64,000 bases of DNA from Flavobacteriaceae bacterium (GCA_002707025.1 PALG01000017.1:43906-107905); one strand, 5' to 3'; counted from the stretch's first letter, positions 30,180 through 40,225 are shown. The notes: a model not told the origin generated them from the letters alone. Made by a program: numbers and translations.

Positions 30180-31445
30180 ATGCTAGAAATGAAAGTCCCT
30201 TCACCGGGAGAATCCATTACAGAAGTAGAAATAGCCCAATGGCTAGTAGCCGATGGTGACTATGTAGAAAAAGATCAAGCCATTGCTGAGGTTGATAGCG
30301 ATAAAGCAACGCTGGAATTGCCTGCTGAAGCGAGCGGAATTATCACTTTAAAAGCGGAAGAAGGAGATGCTGTGGCAGTAGGGGAAGTAGTTTGCTTAAT
30401 CGATACCGAAGCTGAAAAACCAGAAGGTAAAGGAAATGATACCACCGAAACCTATGAAAATGCAGGGGATGAAACTGGTAAAGGAAATGCAGCTCCAGAT
30501 CTAGATAAGCAAAAAGCAGAAACGGCCAATACCAATGAAAAAGTAGCATCTGCTACACAAAAAACGTATGCTAGTGGTACACCTTCACCTGCCGCCAAAA
30601 AGATTTTGGATGAAAAGGGAATGGATTCAAAAGATGTGAAAGGAACAGGTCGTGACGGAAGAATTACTAAAGAAGATGCAGTAAGTGCGACCCCTTCTAT
30701 GGGAACCCCTGGAGCGGGAAGTAGAGGCTCCGAAAGAAAAAAGCTATCCATGCTTCGTAGAAAAGTAGCCGAACGCTTGGTTTCCGCAAAAAATGAAACG
30801 GCCATGTTGACCACTTTCAATGAAGTGGATATGTCCTCTATTTTTGAATTAAGAAAGGAATACAAAGAATCTTTTAAGGAAAAACATGGGGTAAGTTTAG
30901 GGTTTATGTCCTTCTTTACATTAGCAGTGGTAAGGGCCCTAGAGCTTTATCCCGATGTAAATTCCATGATCGACGGGGATTATAAAATTACCTACGATTA
31001 TAAAGATATTTCCATTGCGGTTTCGGGTCCTAAAGGATTAATGGTTCCGGTAATTAGAAATGCTGAAAACCTTACTTTTCGAGGAGTAGAAGCGGAAGTG
31101 AAACGTTTGGCATTAAGAGCAAGGGACGGACAAATTACTGTGGATGAGATGACGGGAGGAACTTTTACCATTTCCAACGGAGGGGTATTTGGAAGTATGT
31201 TGTCCACGCCTATTATCAATCCGCCACAATCTGGTATTTTAGGGATGCACAACATTGTAGAGCGACCCATTGCCAAAGATGGTGCAATTGCTATTGCTCC
31301 TATTATGTACGTGGCTTTAAGTTACGATCACCGTATAATTGATGGTAAGGAATCTGTAGGGTTTTTAGTCGCTGTAAAGGAAGCTTTGGAAAATCCAGAA
31401 GAATTATTAATGGATGATAACATTAAACATGCCTTAGAGCTCTAG
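30180..31445 (+). CDS. sucB: dihydrolipoyllysine-residue succinyltransferase (E2 of 2-oxoglutarate dehydrogenase)
   Basis: Lipoyl domain [13 protein letters not shown], Ala/Pro/Lys linker, catalytic SYDHRIIDG. Confidence 0.92.
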   Translation: MLEMKVPSPGESITEVEIAQWLVADGDYVEKDQAIAEVDSDKATLELPAEASGIITLKAEEGDAVAVGEVVCLIDTEAEKPEGKGNDTTETYENAGDETGKGNAAPDLDKQKAETANTNEKVASATQKTYASGTPSPAAKKILDEKGMDSKDVKGTGRDGRITKEDAVSATPSMGTPGAGSRGSERKKLSMLRRKVAERLVSAKNETAMLTTFNEVDMSSIFELRKEYKESFKEKHGVSLGFMSFFTLAVVRALELYPDVNSMIDGDYKITYDYKDISIAVSGPKGLMVPVIRNAENLTFRGVEAEVKRLALRARDGQITVDEMTGGTFTISNGGVFGSMLSTPIINPPQSGILGMHNIVERPIAKDGAIAIAPIMYVALSYDHRIIDGKESVGFLVAVKEALENPEELLMDDNIKHALEL

Positions 31446-31474
31446 TTCTTGTGCAGTTGTTTTGGTACTAAAAA

Positions 31475-31500
31475 AGCCCGGATATTTTCCGGGCTTTTTT
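31475..31500 (+). terminator. intrinsic terminator after sucB
   Basis: AGCCCGGA-TATTT-TCCGGGCT followed by a T-run. Confidence 0.8.
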
Positions 31501-31525
31501 ATTTGGTTAATTAGAAAACTAGTAA

Positions 31526-31657
31526 TTATGAAACAAAATAATTGACAACATTGAGTAGGATAATTAATACGATGATTAATGATATGGCAATGAAGGCTAA
31601 CCTCTTATGGCCTTCTTTTTTGATCTTGGTATCTATTTCCACCGTTTCTTTTTCCAT
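31526..31657 (-). CDS. possible 43-aa single-TM micro-protein (below ORF-track cutoff)
   Basis: Hand translation gives MEKETVEIDTKIKKEGHKRLAFIAISLIIVLIILLNVVNYFVS*: a charged N-terminus plus one hydrophobic helix. It lies downstream of the HK-RR pair. No clear promoter was seen. Confidence 0.25.
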   Translation of the reverse strand: MEKETVEIDTKIKKEGHKRLAFIAISLIIVLIILLNVVNYFVS

Positions 31658-31714
31658 ACAGTAAAAGTCTACATTTAGTGGATAAAATGAAATACGTAAT
31701 AACACGTATTTTAC

Positions 31715-32347
31715 TTAATGGAGTTCATGTTGGTGCTCTTTGGCCCAAATAAGGAGACTGTTGGTTTTATGCTCCAGTTCCAATTTGTTGATAATATTGC
31801 TACGGTGTTTTTCGACCGTTCTGTGGGAAATAAATAATAAGGAAGCAATCTCTTTATTGGTCTTGTCCTTCGCAATTAGCTTAAGTATTTTCTTTTCGGA
31901 AGGGGTCAACTCTTTTAACGAATTACTTTCCGAATGGTTGATGGAGAGTAGTTCGGTTATCTTCGGACTAAAAAAAGGGGTGCCTTCCGATACTGTTTGA
32001 ATACAGTTCTCAATTTCCTCCAAGGCAAATTCTTTCAGGATATATCCAAAAACCTTTAATTCTTGAGCTTTGTAGTACAAATCCTTTTCTCGGTGGAAAG
32101 TAATTAAAACAATTTTGGTTTTAAGATTATTTGTATGGCATTTTCGTGCAATTTCAATCCCCGACATAAAAGGCATTTGTATATCTAAAATAGCAATCTC
32201 GGGCTCAAGTTTGGCAATAAGATTATAGGCTTCCCTGCCATTAGTGCCACTTCCTATAAGGTTGTATCCTTTTTCAGTAAGGAAATCTTCTAAGCCCTTT
32301 AATAGGAGTGGGTGGTCATCTGCGATAATTATGGAGTCTGTTTTCAT
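31715..32347 (-). CDS. response regulator, NarL/LuxR family (REC + LuxR HTH)
   Basis: 210 aa with REC (IIIADDHPLL...ILDIQMP) and LuxR HTH (LTPSEKKILKLIAKDKTNKEIASLLFISHRTVEKHRSNI). Overlaps the HK stop by 4 nt. Confidence 0.88.
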   Translation of the reverse strand: MKTDSIIIADDHPLLLKGLEDFLTEKGYNLIGSGTNGREAYNLIAKLEPEIAILDIQMPFMSGIEIARKCHTNNLKTKIVLITFHREKDLYYKAQELKVFGYILKEFALEEIENCIQTVSEGTPFFSPKITELLSINHSESNSLKELTPSEKKILKLIAKDKTNKEIASLLFISHRTVEKHRSNIINKLELEHKTNSLLIWAKEHQHELH

Positions 32348-34344
32348 AGCGTAGGAAATCTAAATTCTAAGGTTGTACCTTGGCCTTTTTTAGAGGTAAT
32401 CTTCATCTGTCCGTTAAGAAACTTGGTGCGCTCTAATAAGGTTTTTAATCCCAAGCTCTTAAGGTTTTGATATTTTTCCGTAAAATCGAATCCAATTCCA
32501 TTATCCTTAATTTCCAGAATAATGAACCCGAGTTCTTTTTTGAGCGTTACTTTACTGGCCTCGGCCTTGGCGTGTTTTAAAACGTTATTGAGGGATTCTT
32601 GCACAATTCGATATAGGTTGACCTCTTGTTTTTTATCGAAAATATGGTCAATATTTTCTATTTCTGAAGAAATAAAAAGGGTGGTGTTTTCATCAATTTG
32701 TGTAAGGGTCATTTCTATGGCTTTGGTAATGCCCAGTTCCTGAAGTTGAAAAGGATGAAGGTCCCGGGAAACCCCCCGAACTTCTTCAATAGCTTCTTCC
32801 ACCATTTTAATGGTATCTGGATCTTCATTACGGATAAGTTTGTTCTTAATTAACAATAATTGTTGCCCAATGCCATCGTGTAAGTCTTTTGAAATACGTT
32901 TGCGTTCTTCTTCCTGGGAAATCAATAACTCTTGGCTGTATTTTTCCTGCAGCAATTTTTTATTCTTTAATTGCAATCTATTTCGGTATAACAAAATCAA
33001 TCCAAAGAAGAGGATTAGAGCGAGGCTAATAAATATGAGTCGTTTTCTGGCAGCATCATTGTCTTTTTCCAGCAATTCGATATTGGAGTTTTTGGCAATT
33101 ATCTCATGCTCTTTTTTCTCTGTTTCATAAAGGGTTTGGTAATAGGCGAGCGAGTTGGCGGTCGTGTTATTGTATATCGAATCCTTCAAAGTTTCATAGG
33201 CAATCTTTAGTTCTAGGGATTTCTTGTAATTTCCCTTGGCAAGATAAATTTCTGAAAGTAACTTTTTAGCTTCAATAATATCTTCGTCATATTTCAGTGA
33301 TTTGGCGGCTTCCAACTTCTTTTCAGAAAACTCCAAAGCCTTTTCAATAGCTCCTTTCGCTAAGTTGTATTTGGCAACTATTTCTGAATAATGACTCAAA
33401 TAAATCAAATCTGTAATGGTTGGGTCGTGAATACTTTCAGCTTCCTTATAATATTTTTCAGCTTCTTTTAAATCTTCATTTTGAATGTAGTATTCAATAA
33501 GTTTGTTATAGATATAAAACCGATCCAGGAGGTTGTTTCCTTCTGAAGTATGATCTAAATCTTTTATTGTATGGTATGCCTTTAAAAGGTACTCCAGTTG
33601 TTGGTGGGGTTTTCCTAATTTTTTAAAATCCAGCGACTGGTTGTAATACATTACTGGGAGATGGTGCGTTAAACCAAGTTCCTTTATTTTTTGAATGTTC
33701 TTTTGTCGTTCTGCTCCCGCTTTTTCATAAAATCCATTTAAGCTATACATGTTGGTAATTCCCTGTTGGGCAAACACCATGTACTCATAATCTTCTAGCG
33801 CTTCAAAATAGGCTAAAGCTTTATGGAAATTTTCCCCAGCAGGAACAAACTCCCCTAAATTGGAATAGGCTTGCCCATTAAATAAATAGGCGTCTGCCTT
33901 GTAAATGGAATCTTTCTGGGTATACACTTCAATAGCTTTTTCATAATCTTTGGTAGCCTCTTCTAAGTCCAGTCTGTAATTTGCCCCACCTCTTTTTAAG
34001 TACAGGCTTCCTAGAAGGAAAGAATCGCTAATGCGATATTTTCTGGCGAGAAGCTCATCGATTTTTCTCACTACGGTCTTTGGTTGATTGGTAATAGAGG
34101 TGAGGGTGTAGCTCACCCCTATCATTTTTTTTGCGGCCGCTTCCACACTGTCCAGTTCCTTGGCAAACTCTATATAGGCAAAGCTATTTTTGATAAAGGT
34201 TTGTGGGTCTTCTTTCCCTTCTAAAGAAATGATAGAATCCAAAGCCGTTAATTTCATTTGAGGATCGGTGCTCGTCTGCGCTAATTTTTTGTAATAAGAT
34301 ACATCCTGTGAAAAGACAGTCTTCACAGAAATCAAGAAAAACAA
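32344..34344 (-). CDS. TPR-repeat sensor histidine kinase (HisKA_3 / HATPase_c)
   Basis: 666 aa. A ~400-aa TPR-like region, then TM LIFISLALILFFGLILLY, H-box ISKDLHDGIGQQL and ATPase G-boxes DNGIGF and GQGTTLEF. The only in-frame start is TTG (34344), so the N-terminus is uncertain. Confidence 0.82.
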   Translation of the reverse strand: MFFLISVKTVFSQDVSYYKKLAQTSTDPQMKLTALDSIISLEGKEDPQTFIKNSFAYIEFAKELDSVEAAAKKMIGVSYTLTSITNQPKTVVRKIDELLARKYRISDSFLLGSLYLKRGGANYRLDLEEATKDYEKAIEVYTQKDSIYKADAYLFNGQAYSNLGEFVPAGENFHKALAYFEALEDYEYMVFAQQGITNMYSLNGFYEKAGAERQKNIQKIKELGLTHHLPVMYYNQSLDFKKLGKPHQQLEYLLKAYHTIKDLDHTSEGNNLLDRFYIYNKLIEYYIQNEDLKEAEKYYKEAESIHDPTITDLIYLSHYSEIVAKYNLAKGAIEKALEFSEKKLEAAKSLKYDEDIIEAKKLLSEIYLAKGNYKKSLELKIAYETLKDSIYNNTTANSLAYYQTLYETEKKEHEIIAKNSNIELLEKDNDAARKRLIFISLALILFFGLILLYRNRLQLKNKKLLQEKYSQELLISQEEERKRISKDLHDGIGQQLLLIKNKLIRNEDPDTIKMVEEAIEEVRGVSRDLHPFQLQELGITKAIEMTLTQIDENTTLFISSEIENIDHIFDKKQEVNLYRIVQESLNNVLKHAKAEASKVTLKKELGFIILEIKDNGIGFDFTEKYQNLKSLGLKTLLERTKFLNGQMKITSKKGQGTTLEFRFPTL

Positions 34345-34427
34345 GAGACTAACAACTCCCTGTAGTAATTTCGTTTTCAGTAGTGTATGGTTTGTTTCGA
34401 ATAGGTAAAATTACTAAAAAAGCTTGT

Positions 34428-34868
34428 TTACTTTTTAAAATAAGCACAATTTCGGCCATAATCTATCACCGTACGAAGTTTTTTCAGTAAATCGGCACCA
34501 AGAATACCATGTACCGAATTTTCACCTGCCTGGTTCAAAGCATTGTTCACATGTTCCATGTTGAAAAGTACAAAGTCTACTTTTTGAAGGGTCAACAAGT
34601 TCATCCTTAAAGAATTATTCTTAGAGATCATGGTTTCCATGTTGGTAGCTCCCGCGCCTGCAGCTTTTATTTCCGTTTCTTCGGAAAGCAAATTGAAGGT
34701 GGAAACATCCTGAAACCCAATGCAACTGGTAGAAGCACCCGTATCAAGGATAAAGCTTCCTTTGTTGTCATTGATATAAAGTGTTACTTGATAATGGCCT
34801 GTTTGTAGTTTGGAAAGCGGAACTCTCACAAAACCTTTGTTTTCTAGGAAATTTCTTAAAGATGTCAA
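34428..34868 (-). CDS. retropepsin-like (clan AA) aspartic protease, single domain
   Basis: 146 aa with active-site-like FILDTGASTS and flap/dimer motif GILGADLL. Confidence 0.7.
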   Translation of the reverse strand: MTSLRNFLENKGFVRVPLSKLQTGHYQVTLYINDNKGSFILDTGASTSCIGFQDVSTFNLLSEETEIKAAGAGATNMETMISKNNSLRMNLLTLQKVDFVLFNMEHVNNALNQAGENSVHGILGADLLKKLRTVIDYGRNCAYFKK

Positions 34869-34914
34869 TACTTTTTTTGGTAAATATAGCTAACAAAATG
34901 CTAGTTTTGTGATC

Positions 34915-35679
34915 ATGCTTACAGATACTCACACACACTTGTACAGTGAAGCGTTCGATGACGATCGGGACAAGATGATGCAAACAGCTATAAAAGAGGG
35001 TGTTGGACGTTTTTTTATCCCAGCGATAGACGCTTCATACACTCAAGCTATGTACGACTTGGAAAAAAATTATCCCAATCGGGTATTTCTAATGATGGGG
35101 CTTCACCCTACCCATGTAAAAGAGAACTACGAGGAAGAGTTGGCGCATGTAGAAGCACAATTCGAAAAGCGTTCTTTCTATGCTGTGGGTGAAATTGGAA
35201 TCGATTTATACTGGGACACTTCAACTTTAGCCATCCAAAAAATGGCATTCAAACGTCAAATTCAGTTGGCAAAGAAACACCAGTTGCCTATTGTAATTCA
35301 TTGCAGGGATGCCTTCGATGAGGTTTTTGAAGTTCTTGAAACTGAAAAAGATGATCGTCTTTTCGGTATTTTTCACTGTTTTACCGGAACCTTCGAACAG
35401 GCGCAAAAAGCACTTTCCTATAATATGAAGTTGGGAATTGGTGGAGTCGTCACTTTTAAGAATGGTAAAATAGACCGCTTTTTAAACAAAATCGATATCC
35501 AGCATATTGTCTTGGAAACCGATGCTCCTTATTTGGCTCCTACACCTCATAGAGGGAAACGAAACGAAAGTTCTTACCTAAAACTTATCTGTGAAAAAGT
35601 AGCGACGGTATATGGTATTTCCGAAGAAAAAGTAGCACAGATCACTACATCGAATTCAAAAGAAGTATTTAAAGTATGA
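34915..35679 (+). CDS. TatD-family metal-dependent hydrolase
   Basis: MLTDTHTHLY (HxH), GEIGIDLYW, IHCRDA, ETDAPYL. The ATG at 34915 is preferred over the GTG at 34909. Confidence 0.88.
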   Translation: MLTDTHTHLYSEAFDDDRDKMMQTAIKEGVGRFFIPAIDASYTQAMYDLEKNYPNRVFLMMGLHPTHVKENYEEELAHVEAQFEKRSFYAVGEIGIDLYWDTSTLAIQKMAFKRQIQLAKKHQLPIVIHCRDAFDEVFEVLETEKDDRLFGIFHCFTGTFEQAQKALSYNMKLGIGGVVTFKNGKIDRFLNKIDIQHIVLETDAPYLAPTPHRGKRNESSYLKLICEKVATVYGISEEKVAQITTSNSKEVFKV

Positions 35680-36707
35680 ATCATGAGCACCCACATATAC
35701 TGCTAATCTATACCGGAGGAACCATTGGGATGATTAAGGATTTTAAAACGGGAGCATTGAAAAGCTTCAATTTTGACGATCTATTAAAGCACATTCCCGA
35801 AATTAACTTGTTGGATTGCGAAATTGACACCAAAAGTTTTGAGTACCCTATCGATAGCTCCAATATGAAACCCGAATATTGGATCGACTTAGCGCATATT
35901 ATAGAAACGCACTACGAAGATTACGATGGGTTTGTGGTGCTTCATGGAAGTGATACGATGTCGTATACGGCCTCGGCCCTAAGTTTTATGTTGGAAGATT
36001 TAACCAAGCCCGTCATCTTTACGGGGTCGCAATTGCCTATTGGCGACTTGAGAACCGATGCCAAAGAAAACCTGATTACTTCCATACAAATTGCAGCTAC
36101 CCAAGAAAGAGGTGCGCCAAAAGTACAAGAAGTTGGACTCTATTTTGAATATAAATTGTACCGTGCCAATCGAACTACAAAAATAAATGCAGAGCATTTT
36201 GAAGCATTTGCTTCTTTAAATTATCCTGCCCTAGCAGAGAGTGGGGTGCATTTAGTGTTTAATGAAACCGCTCTTTTAAGACCCAGGGCTTCCATGAAGG
36301 TACAAGTGCATAAAAAAATGGAGACGCAAATTTTGCTGATTAAGATGTTTCCGGGACTGCACGAAACCATGCTAAAGCACTTGTTGTCCTTTAAAGGGTT
36401 AAAGGGAGTGATATTGGAAACCTTCGGAAGTGGAAATGTGACCAACGAGTCATGGTTTATTGAAATGATTTCTGAAATTATCTCCAGGGGAATCCCTGTG
36501 GTGAATGTTACCCAATGCTCCGGAGGTAGTGTAGCGATGGGGCTTTATGAAACAAGTGTAGACCTGAAGCGTATCGGGGTGATTTCTGGAAAAGACATTA
36601 CCACCGAAGCTGCCTTGGCAAAAATGATGTACTTATTAGGTAGGGAATATGCGCAAGAAGATTTTAAAAATTATTTTGAAATCCCTTTGCGAGGCGAAAT
36701 AAGCTAA
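35676..36707 (+). CDS. ansA: L-asparaginase, type I
   Basis: ILLIYTGGTIGM threonine signature and VVLHGSDTMSYTASALS. 4-nt overlap (ATGA) with the TatD gene. Confidence 0.88.
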   Translation: MNHEHPHILLIYTGGTIGMIKDFKTGALKSFNFDDLLKHIPEINLLDCEIDTKSFEYPIDSSNMKPEYWIDLAHIIETHYEDYDGFVVLHGSDTMSYTASALSFMLEDLTKPVIFTGSQLPIGDLRTDAKENLITSIQIAATQERGAPKVQEVGLYFEYKLYRANRTTKINAEHFEAFASLNYPALAESGVHLVFNETALLRPRASMKVQVHKKMETQILLIKMFPGLHETMLKHLLSFKGLKGVILETFGSGNVTNESWFIEMISEIISRGIPVVNVTQCSGGSVAMGLYETSVDLKRIGVISGKDITTEAALAKMMYLLGREYAQEDFKNYFEIPLRGEIS

Positions 36708-36779
36708 ATTTATCTTTTAAATATTTTACTAGAATATATTTTTTTTGTTATTTGCTCTCCCGTTTGAAAAAATGGAAAA

Positions 36780-36867
36780 AGAGAGGTGGCCGAGTGGTCG
36801 AAGGCGCACGCCTGGAAAGTGTGTATACGCCAAAAGCGTATCGAGGGTTCGAATCCCTTCCTCTCTG
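36780..36867 (+). tRNA. tRNA-Ser (anticodon GGA), class II with long variable arm
   Basis: Hand fold. Acceptor AGAGAGG/CCTCTCT, then TG-GCCGAGTGGTCGAAGGC D-arm. Anticodon stem CACGC/GTGTG with loop CTGGAAA. Variable arm TATACGCCAAAAGCGTATC. T-arm GAGGG-TTCGAAT-CCCTT. Discriminator G. CCA is not encoded. Confidence 0.88.
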
Positions 36868-37079
36868 CAAAAATGGCTTGAGTTTATAAATTGTCGAAAC
36901 AATAAGTTTTCAATTTGGTTAAGGTTCCTTAATCGTAATTGCATTAATATCTGATAATTAATTTATAAACCAAGATACAAAAGCCTACTGCGCAAATTAT
37001 TTGTTGCAGATTAACTAAATATTTTTATATCTTTAAACCTTAAACTAATAACTAAAAACAAATCTTTAAGTCGATAGCA

Positions 37080-37883
37080 ATGAAAAAATTATTTTCTATT
37101 CTAGCAATTGCCACCATGGTTTTTGTAGGTACAAGTAATGCAAAGGCAACCAATGCCCAAACAATGCCCACTAGTTTGCAAACGTTAACAACTGCGGCAA
37201 CCGTTACTCTAGTTCAAGATGAAGAAGCTTCATCAGAAGGTGAGTCTAAAGGATTCCACCAAGAATTAAAACAACGTTTTATTGAAGGGGGTCCTGGATT
37301 TATGGGGATTGTACTTCTATGTTTAATTCTTGGATTAGCGATTGCTATCGAAAGAATTATCTTCCTAAACCTATCTACAACCAATACCACAAAGTTGGCC
37401 AGTAATGTAGAAGAAGCCCTTAATAGTGGCGGCATTGAAGCTGCAAAAGAAGTTTGTAGAAACACCAAAGGTCCTGTTGCCTCTATCTACTATCAAGGTC
37501 TTGACCGTGCCGATGAGAGCATTGATGCTGCTGAAAAAGCAGTTGTAGCTTATGGAGGGGTACAAATGGGACAGCTTGAGAAAAATGTTTCTTGGATTTC
37601 ATTGTTTATCGCACTAGCACCTATGCTTGGGTTCATGGGTACTGTAATTGGTATGATTGAAGCATTCGATAAAATTCAGGCGGCTGGTGATATGAACCCA
37701 TCCTTAGTAGCTGGAGGTATTAAAGTAGCACTTTTAACAACCGTATTTGGTTTGATCGTAGCTATCATCCTTCAAATTTTCTACAACTACATCGTAGCAA
37801 AAATTGACAGCATTGTAAACAACATGGAAGATGCTTCTATCACTTTAATCGATATGTTGGTAGACTACAAAAACAAAAAGTAA
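37080..37883 (+). CDS. exbB: MotA/TolQ/ExbB proton-channel family protein
   Basis: 267 aa with a signal-like N-terminus, three TM segments and the conserved ...LGFMGTVIGMIEAF... block. Confidence 0.85.
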   Translation: MKKLFSILAIATMVFVGTSNAKATNAQTMPTSLQTLTTAATVTLVQDEEASSEGESKGFHQELKQRFIEGGPGFMGIVLLCLILGLAIAIERIIFLNLSTTNTTKLASNVEEALNSGGIEAAKEVCRNTKGPVASIYYQGLDRADESIDAAEKAVVAYGGVQMGQLEKNVSWISLFIALAPMLGFMGTVIGMIEAFDKIQAAGDMNPSLVAGGIKVALLTTVFGLIVAIILQIFYNYIVAKIDSIVNNMEDASITLIDMLVDYKNKK

Positions 37884-37903
37884 TTTAAAAAGAATTCATC
37901 ATA

Positions 37904-38338
37904 ATGGGTTTACATAAAATTTTAAAAATCGTAGCATTAATCCTAGGGGTGGTGGGAATCGTATTTTGGTTTCTTATCCTCTCCAAAGGAGATGATGCGA
38001 TCGAGGCAACAGGAGAAGGGGTAGACCCCATGCTATACATAGCTTACATCACCTTAGGTATTGTACTCTTGTTTGTTTTGATATTTGTTCTGAAGGGAAT
38101 CTTCTCTGGAGATTTAAAGAAAACTTTAATGTCTGTAGGTGCCTTTTTGGTAGTTGTTGTTATTGGATATGTGATGTCTTCTGGAAGCATCGAAGGATTG
38201 CCATTAGTGGATGGAGCTCCGGTAACTGAAAGCACATCCAAATGGGTAGGCGCAGGATTAAACACCTTTTACATCTTAGCGTTATTGGCTATTTTGGCAA
38301 TGATTTTCAGCGGATTCAAAAAAATAACTTCAAAATAA
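37904..38338 (+). CDS. four-TM membrane protein of unknown function within the ExbB/ExbD cluster
   Basis: 144 aa, hydrophobic, tightly spaced between exbB and exbD. Confidence 0.65.
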   Translation: MGLHKILKIVALILGVVGIVFWFLILSKGDDAIEATGEGVDPMLYIAYITLGIVLLFVLIFVLKGIFSGDLKKTLMSVGAFLVVVVIGYVMSSGSIEGLPLVDGAPVTESTSKWVGAGLNTFYILALLAILAMIFSGFKKITSK

Positions 38339-38339
38339 T

Positions 38340-38963
38340 ATGGCAAGAAGAGCAACACCCGAAGTTAATGCAGGATCTATGGCAGACATAGCCTTCCTTT
38401 TGCTCATATTTTTCTTGGTTACCACAACCATTGAGAAAGATAAGGGTATTGCAAGGCAGTTGCCGCCAGATATTGAAATACAGGATCCACCAATTATCAA
38501 GCAAAAGAACCTTTTCTTGGTTACCGTTAACAAAAACGATCAATTATTGGTGGAAGACGAACTAATGGAACTAGACGACTTGCGTCAAGCTGCTATCGAC
38601 TTCCTAGATAATGGAGGGGCTCCTTCCGGTTCTCCCGAGTATTGTAACTATTGTAAAGGAAAACGTTCGCCAGAGTCCTCAGACAATCCTAAGAAAGCCG
38701 TTATTTCAGTTCAAAATGACCGACTCACCTCTTATAAAATGTATATCGCTGTGCAAAATGAATTGGTTGCCGCATATAACTTTTTAAGAGATCGTGAATC
38801 TCAAAGGTTGTATGGATGGAAATATACAGAAATGAAACAGGCTATTAACGAAGGAGATATTGAAGGGTCAAGAGCAGATGCTGTGCAAGAGCGACTTGAG
38901 GAAGTTCAAGAATTATATCCATTGAAACTTTCTGAAGCAGAACCCAAAAAATCTGGTTCTTAA
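38340..38963 (+). CDS. exbD: ExbD/TolR-family protein with extended C-terminus
   Basis: N-terminus EVNAGSMADIAFLLLIFFLVTT is typical of ExbD. 207 aa. Confidence 0.82.
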   Translation: MARRATPEVNAGSMADIAFLLLIFFLVTTTIEKDKGIARQLPPDIEIQDPPIIKQKNLFLVTVNKNDQLLVEDELMELDDLRQAAIDFLDNGGAPSGSPEYCNYCKGKRSPESSDNPKKAVISVQNDRLTSYKMYIAVQNELVAAYNFLRDRESQRLYGWKYTEMKQAINEGDIEGSRADAVQERLEEVQELYPLKLSEAEPKKSGS

Positions 38964-38975
38964 AAAAAACGAAAC

Positions 38976-39449
38976 ATGTCAAAATTTAAAAAGAAAAAAA
39001 GTGGAGATTTGCCGGCAATTTCAACTGCCTCGCTTCCAGATATTGTTTTCATGCTTCTCTTCTTCTTTATGGTGGTAACCGTACTTAGGGATAGTAACCT
39101 TATGGTACAACAAAAATTACCGAAAGGAGATCAAGTAGAGAAACTTAAAAAAGACCGTTCTATTTTTATTTATGCAGGTAAGCCTGGATCGGGTTATGAA
39201 AAATACGGAACCGAAGCTAAAATTCAAATTGGCGATAAATTTACCGACGTTTCCAATATTAAATTCGCCCTAGAGGAACTTCGCCGTAAACTACGTCCAG
39301 AACTACAGGACAAGGTAATGGTAGCCCTTAAGGTCGATGAAGACACTAATACAGGTTTGGTAACCGATGTAAAACAGGAACTGCGAGATTTAAATCTATT
39401 AAAGATAATTTATATCACAACTCCTGGAAATCAACTAGACCAGAAATAG
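38976..39449 (+). CDS. exbD: ExbD/TolR-family protein
   Basis: ISTASLPDIVFMLLFFFMVVT TM segment. 157 aa. Confidence 0.82.
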   Translation: MSKFKKKKSGDLPAISTASLPDIVFMLLFFFMVVTVLRDSNLMVQQKLPKGDQVEKLKKDRSIFIYAGKPGSGYEKYGTEAKIQIGDKFTDVSNIKFALEELRRKLRPELQDKVMVALKVDEDTNTGLVTDVKQELRDLNLLKIIYITTPGNQLDQK

Positions 39450-39473
39450 AAATTATATTTTCACCACTAAAAA

Positions 39474-39502
39474 CGCCTTGAAGATCTCAAGGCGTTTTTT
39501 TT
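39474..39502 (+). terminator. intrinsic terminator after the ExbBD cluster
   Basis: CGCCTTGA-AGATC-TCAAGGCG followed by T8. Confidence 0.8.
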
Positions 39503-39523
39503 GTAATTGATTATCTTTATACT

Positions 39524-40225
39524 ATGCTTAAAAGATGTTTCATCCTTCTGTTACTAAGTTTTATAGGAGCTTCCGCATTTGGGCAAGATTCTCTAGCGGT
39601 TAAAGTATCCGATCCAAACTATAGGGAGGATCAGTTTTATGTTGGAGTCACTTATAATCTTATCACGAGAGTCCCTAGTAATATAAATTTAAAAGGTCTT
39701 TCAGGTGGGGTTAATTTCGGCTTCATAAGGGATATGCCCTTAAATAAGCAGCGCAACGTTGCTATAGGGCTTGGCCTGGGCTTGTCTTTTGATCGTTATG
39801 GAGAGACCCTTTTTATTGGTGAATCCCAAAATGAACAAACCCTATTTAGTTCTTTGGATGAAACAATTGAATATGATGTTAATAGATTCAGTACGGCTAC
39901 TGTTGAGATTCCTATCGAATTCCGTTGGAGAACCTCTACTGAAAGCGAGTATAAGTTTTGGAGAATCTATACAGGGGCTAGATTGGGTTATGTGTATTGG
40001 TACCAGTCCTTTTTTTCACAACCAAACAATGAAGTTTCGCAAACCGATATTCCCGAGTTTCAGCAATTACAATTGGCAGCTACACTTTCGGTAGGTTACA
40101 GTACGTTTAACTTTTATGCCAATTATTCGGTCACCCCTTTTTTTACAAATGCAGTTATAGGAGACACACAGGAAGAGATTGCTTTTGCCCCACTAAAGAT
40201 TGGGATCATTTTCTACATTTTATAG
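39524..40225 (+). CDS. outer-membrane beta-barrel protein (PorT/OmpA-like barrel family)
   Basis: 233 aa with signal peptide ...ASAFGQ, a beta-strand pattern and an aromatic-rich C-terminus ...KIGIIFYIL. Confidence 0.65.
   Translation: MLKRCFILLLLSFIGASAFGQDSLAVKVSDPNYREDQFYVGVTYNLITRVPSNINLKGLSGGVNFGFIRDMPLNKQRNVAIGLGLGLSFDRYGETLFIGESQNEQTLFSSLDETIEYDVNRFSTATVEIPIEFRWRTSTESEYKFWRIYTGARLGYVYWYQSFFSQPNNEVSQTDIPEFQQLQLAATLSVGYSTFNFYANYSVTPFFTNAVIGDTQEEIAFAPLKIGIIFYIL

Noticed and set aside
36729-36954. ORFs 36729..36944 (-) and 36745..36954 (+) in the asparaginase/exbB intergenic region.
   Set aside because: Both are laid over the tRNA-Ser gene (36780..36867), which folds into a complete class II cloverleaf.
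36780-37079. tRNA-Ser as a possible integration hotspot for a genomic island.
   Set aside because: No integrase, no repeat of the tRNA 3' end and no compositional shift are seen downstream. The ExbB/ExbD cluster that follows looks like core genome.
39771-40094. 107-aa alternative-frame ORF inside the PorT-like OMP gene.
   Set aside because: It is on the same strand but out of frame within a gene that has a clear signal peptide and beta-barrel pattern. It has no independent support.
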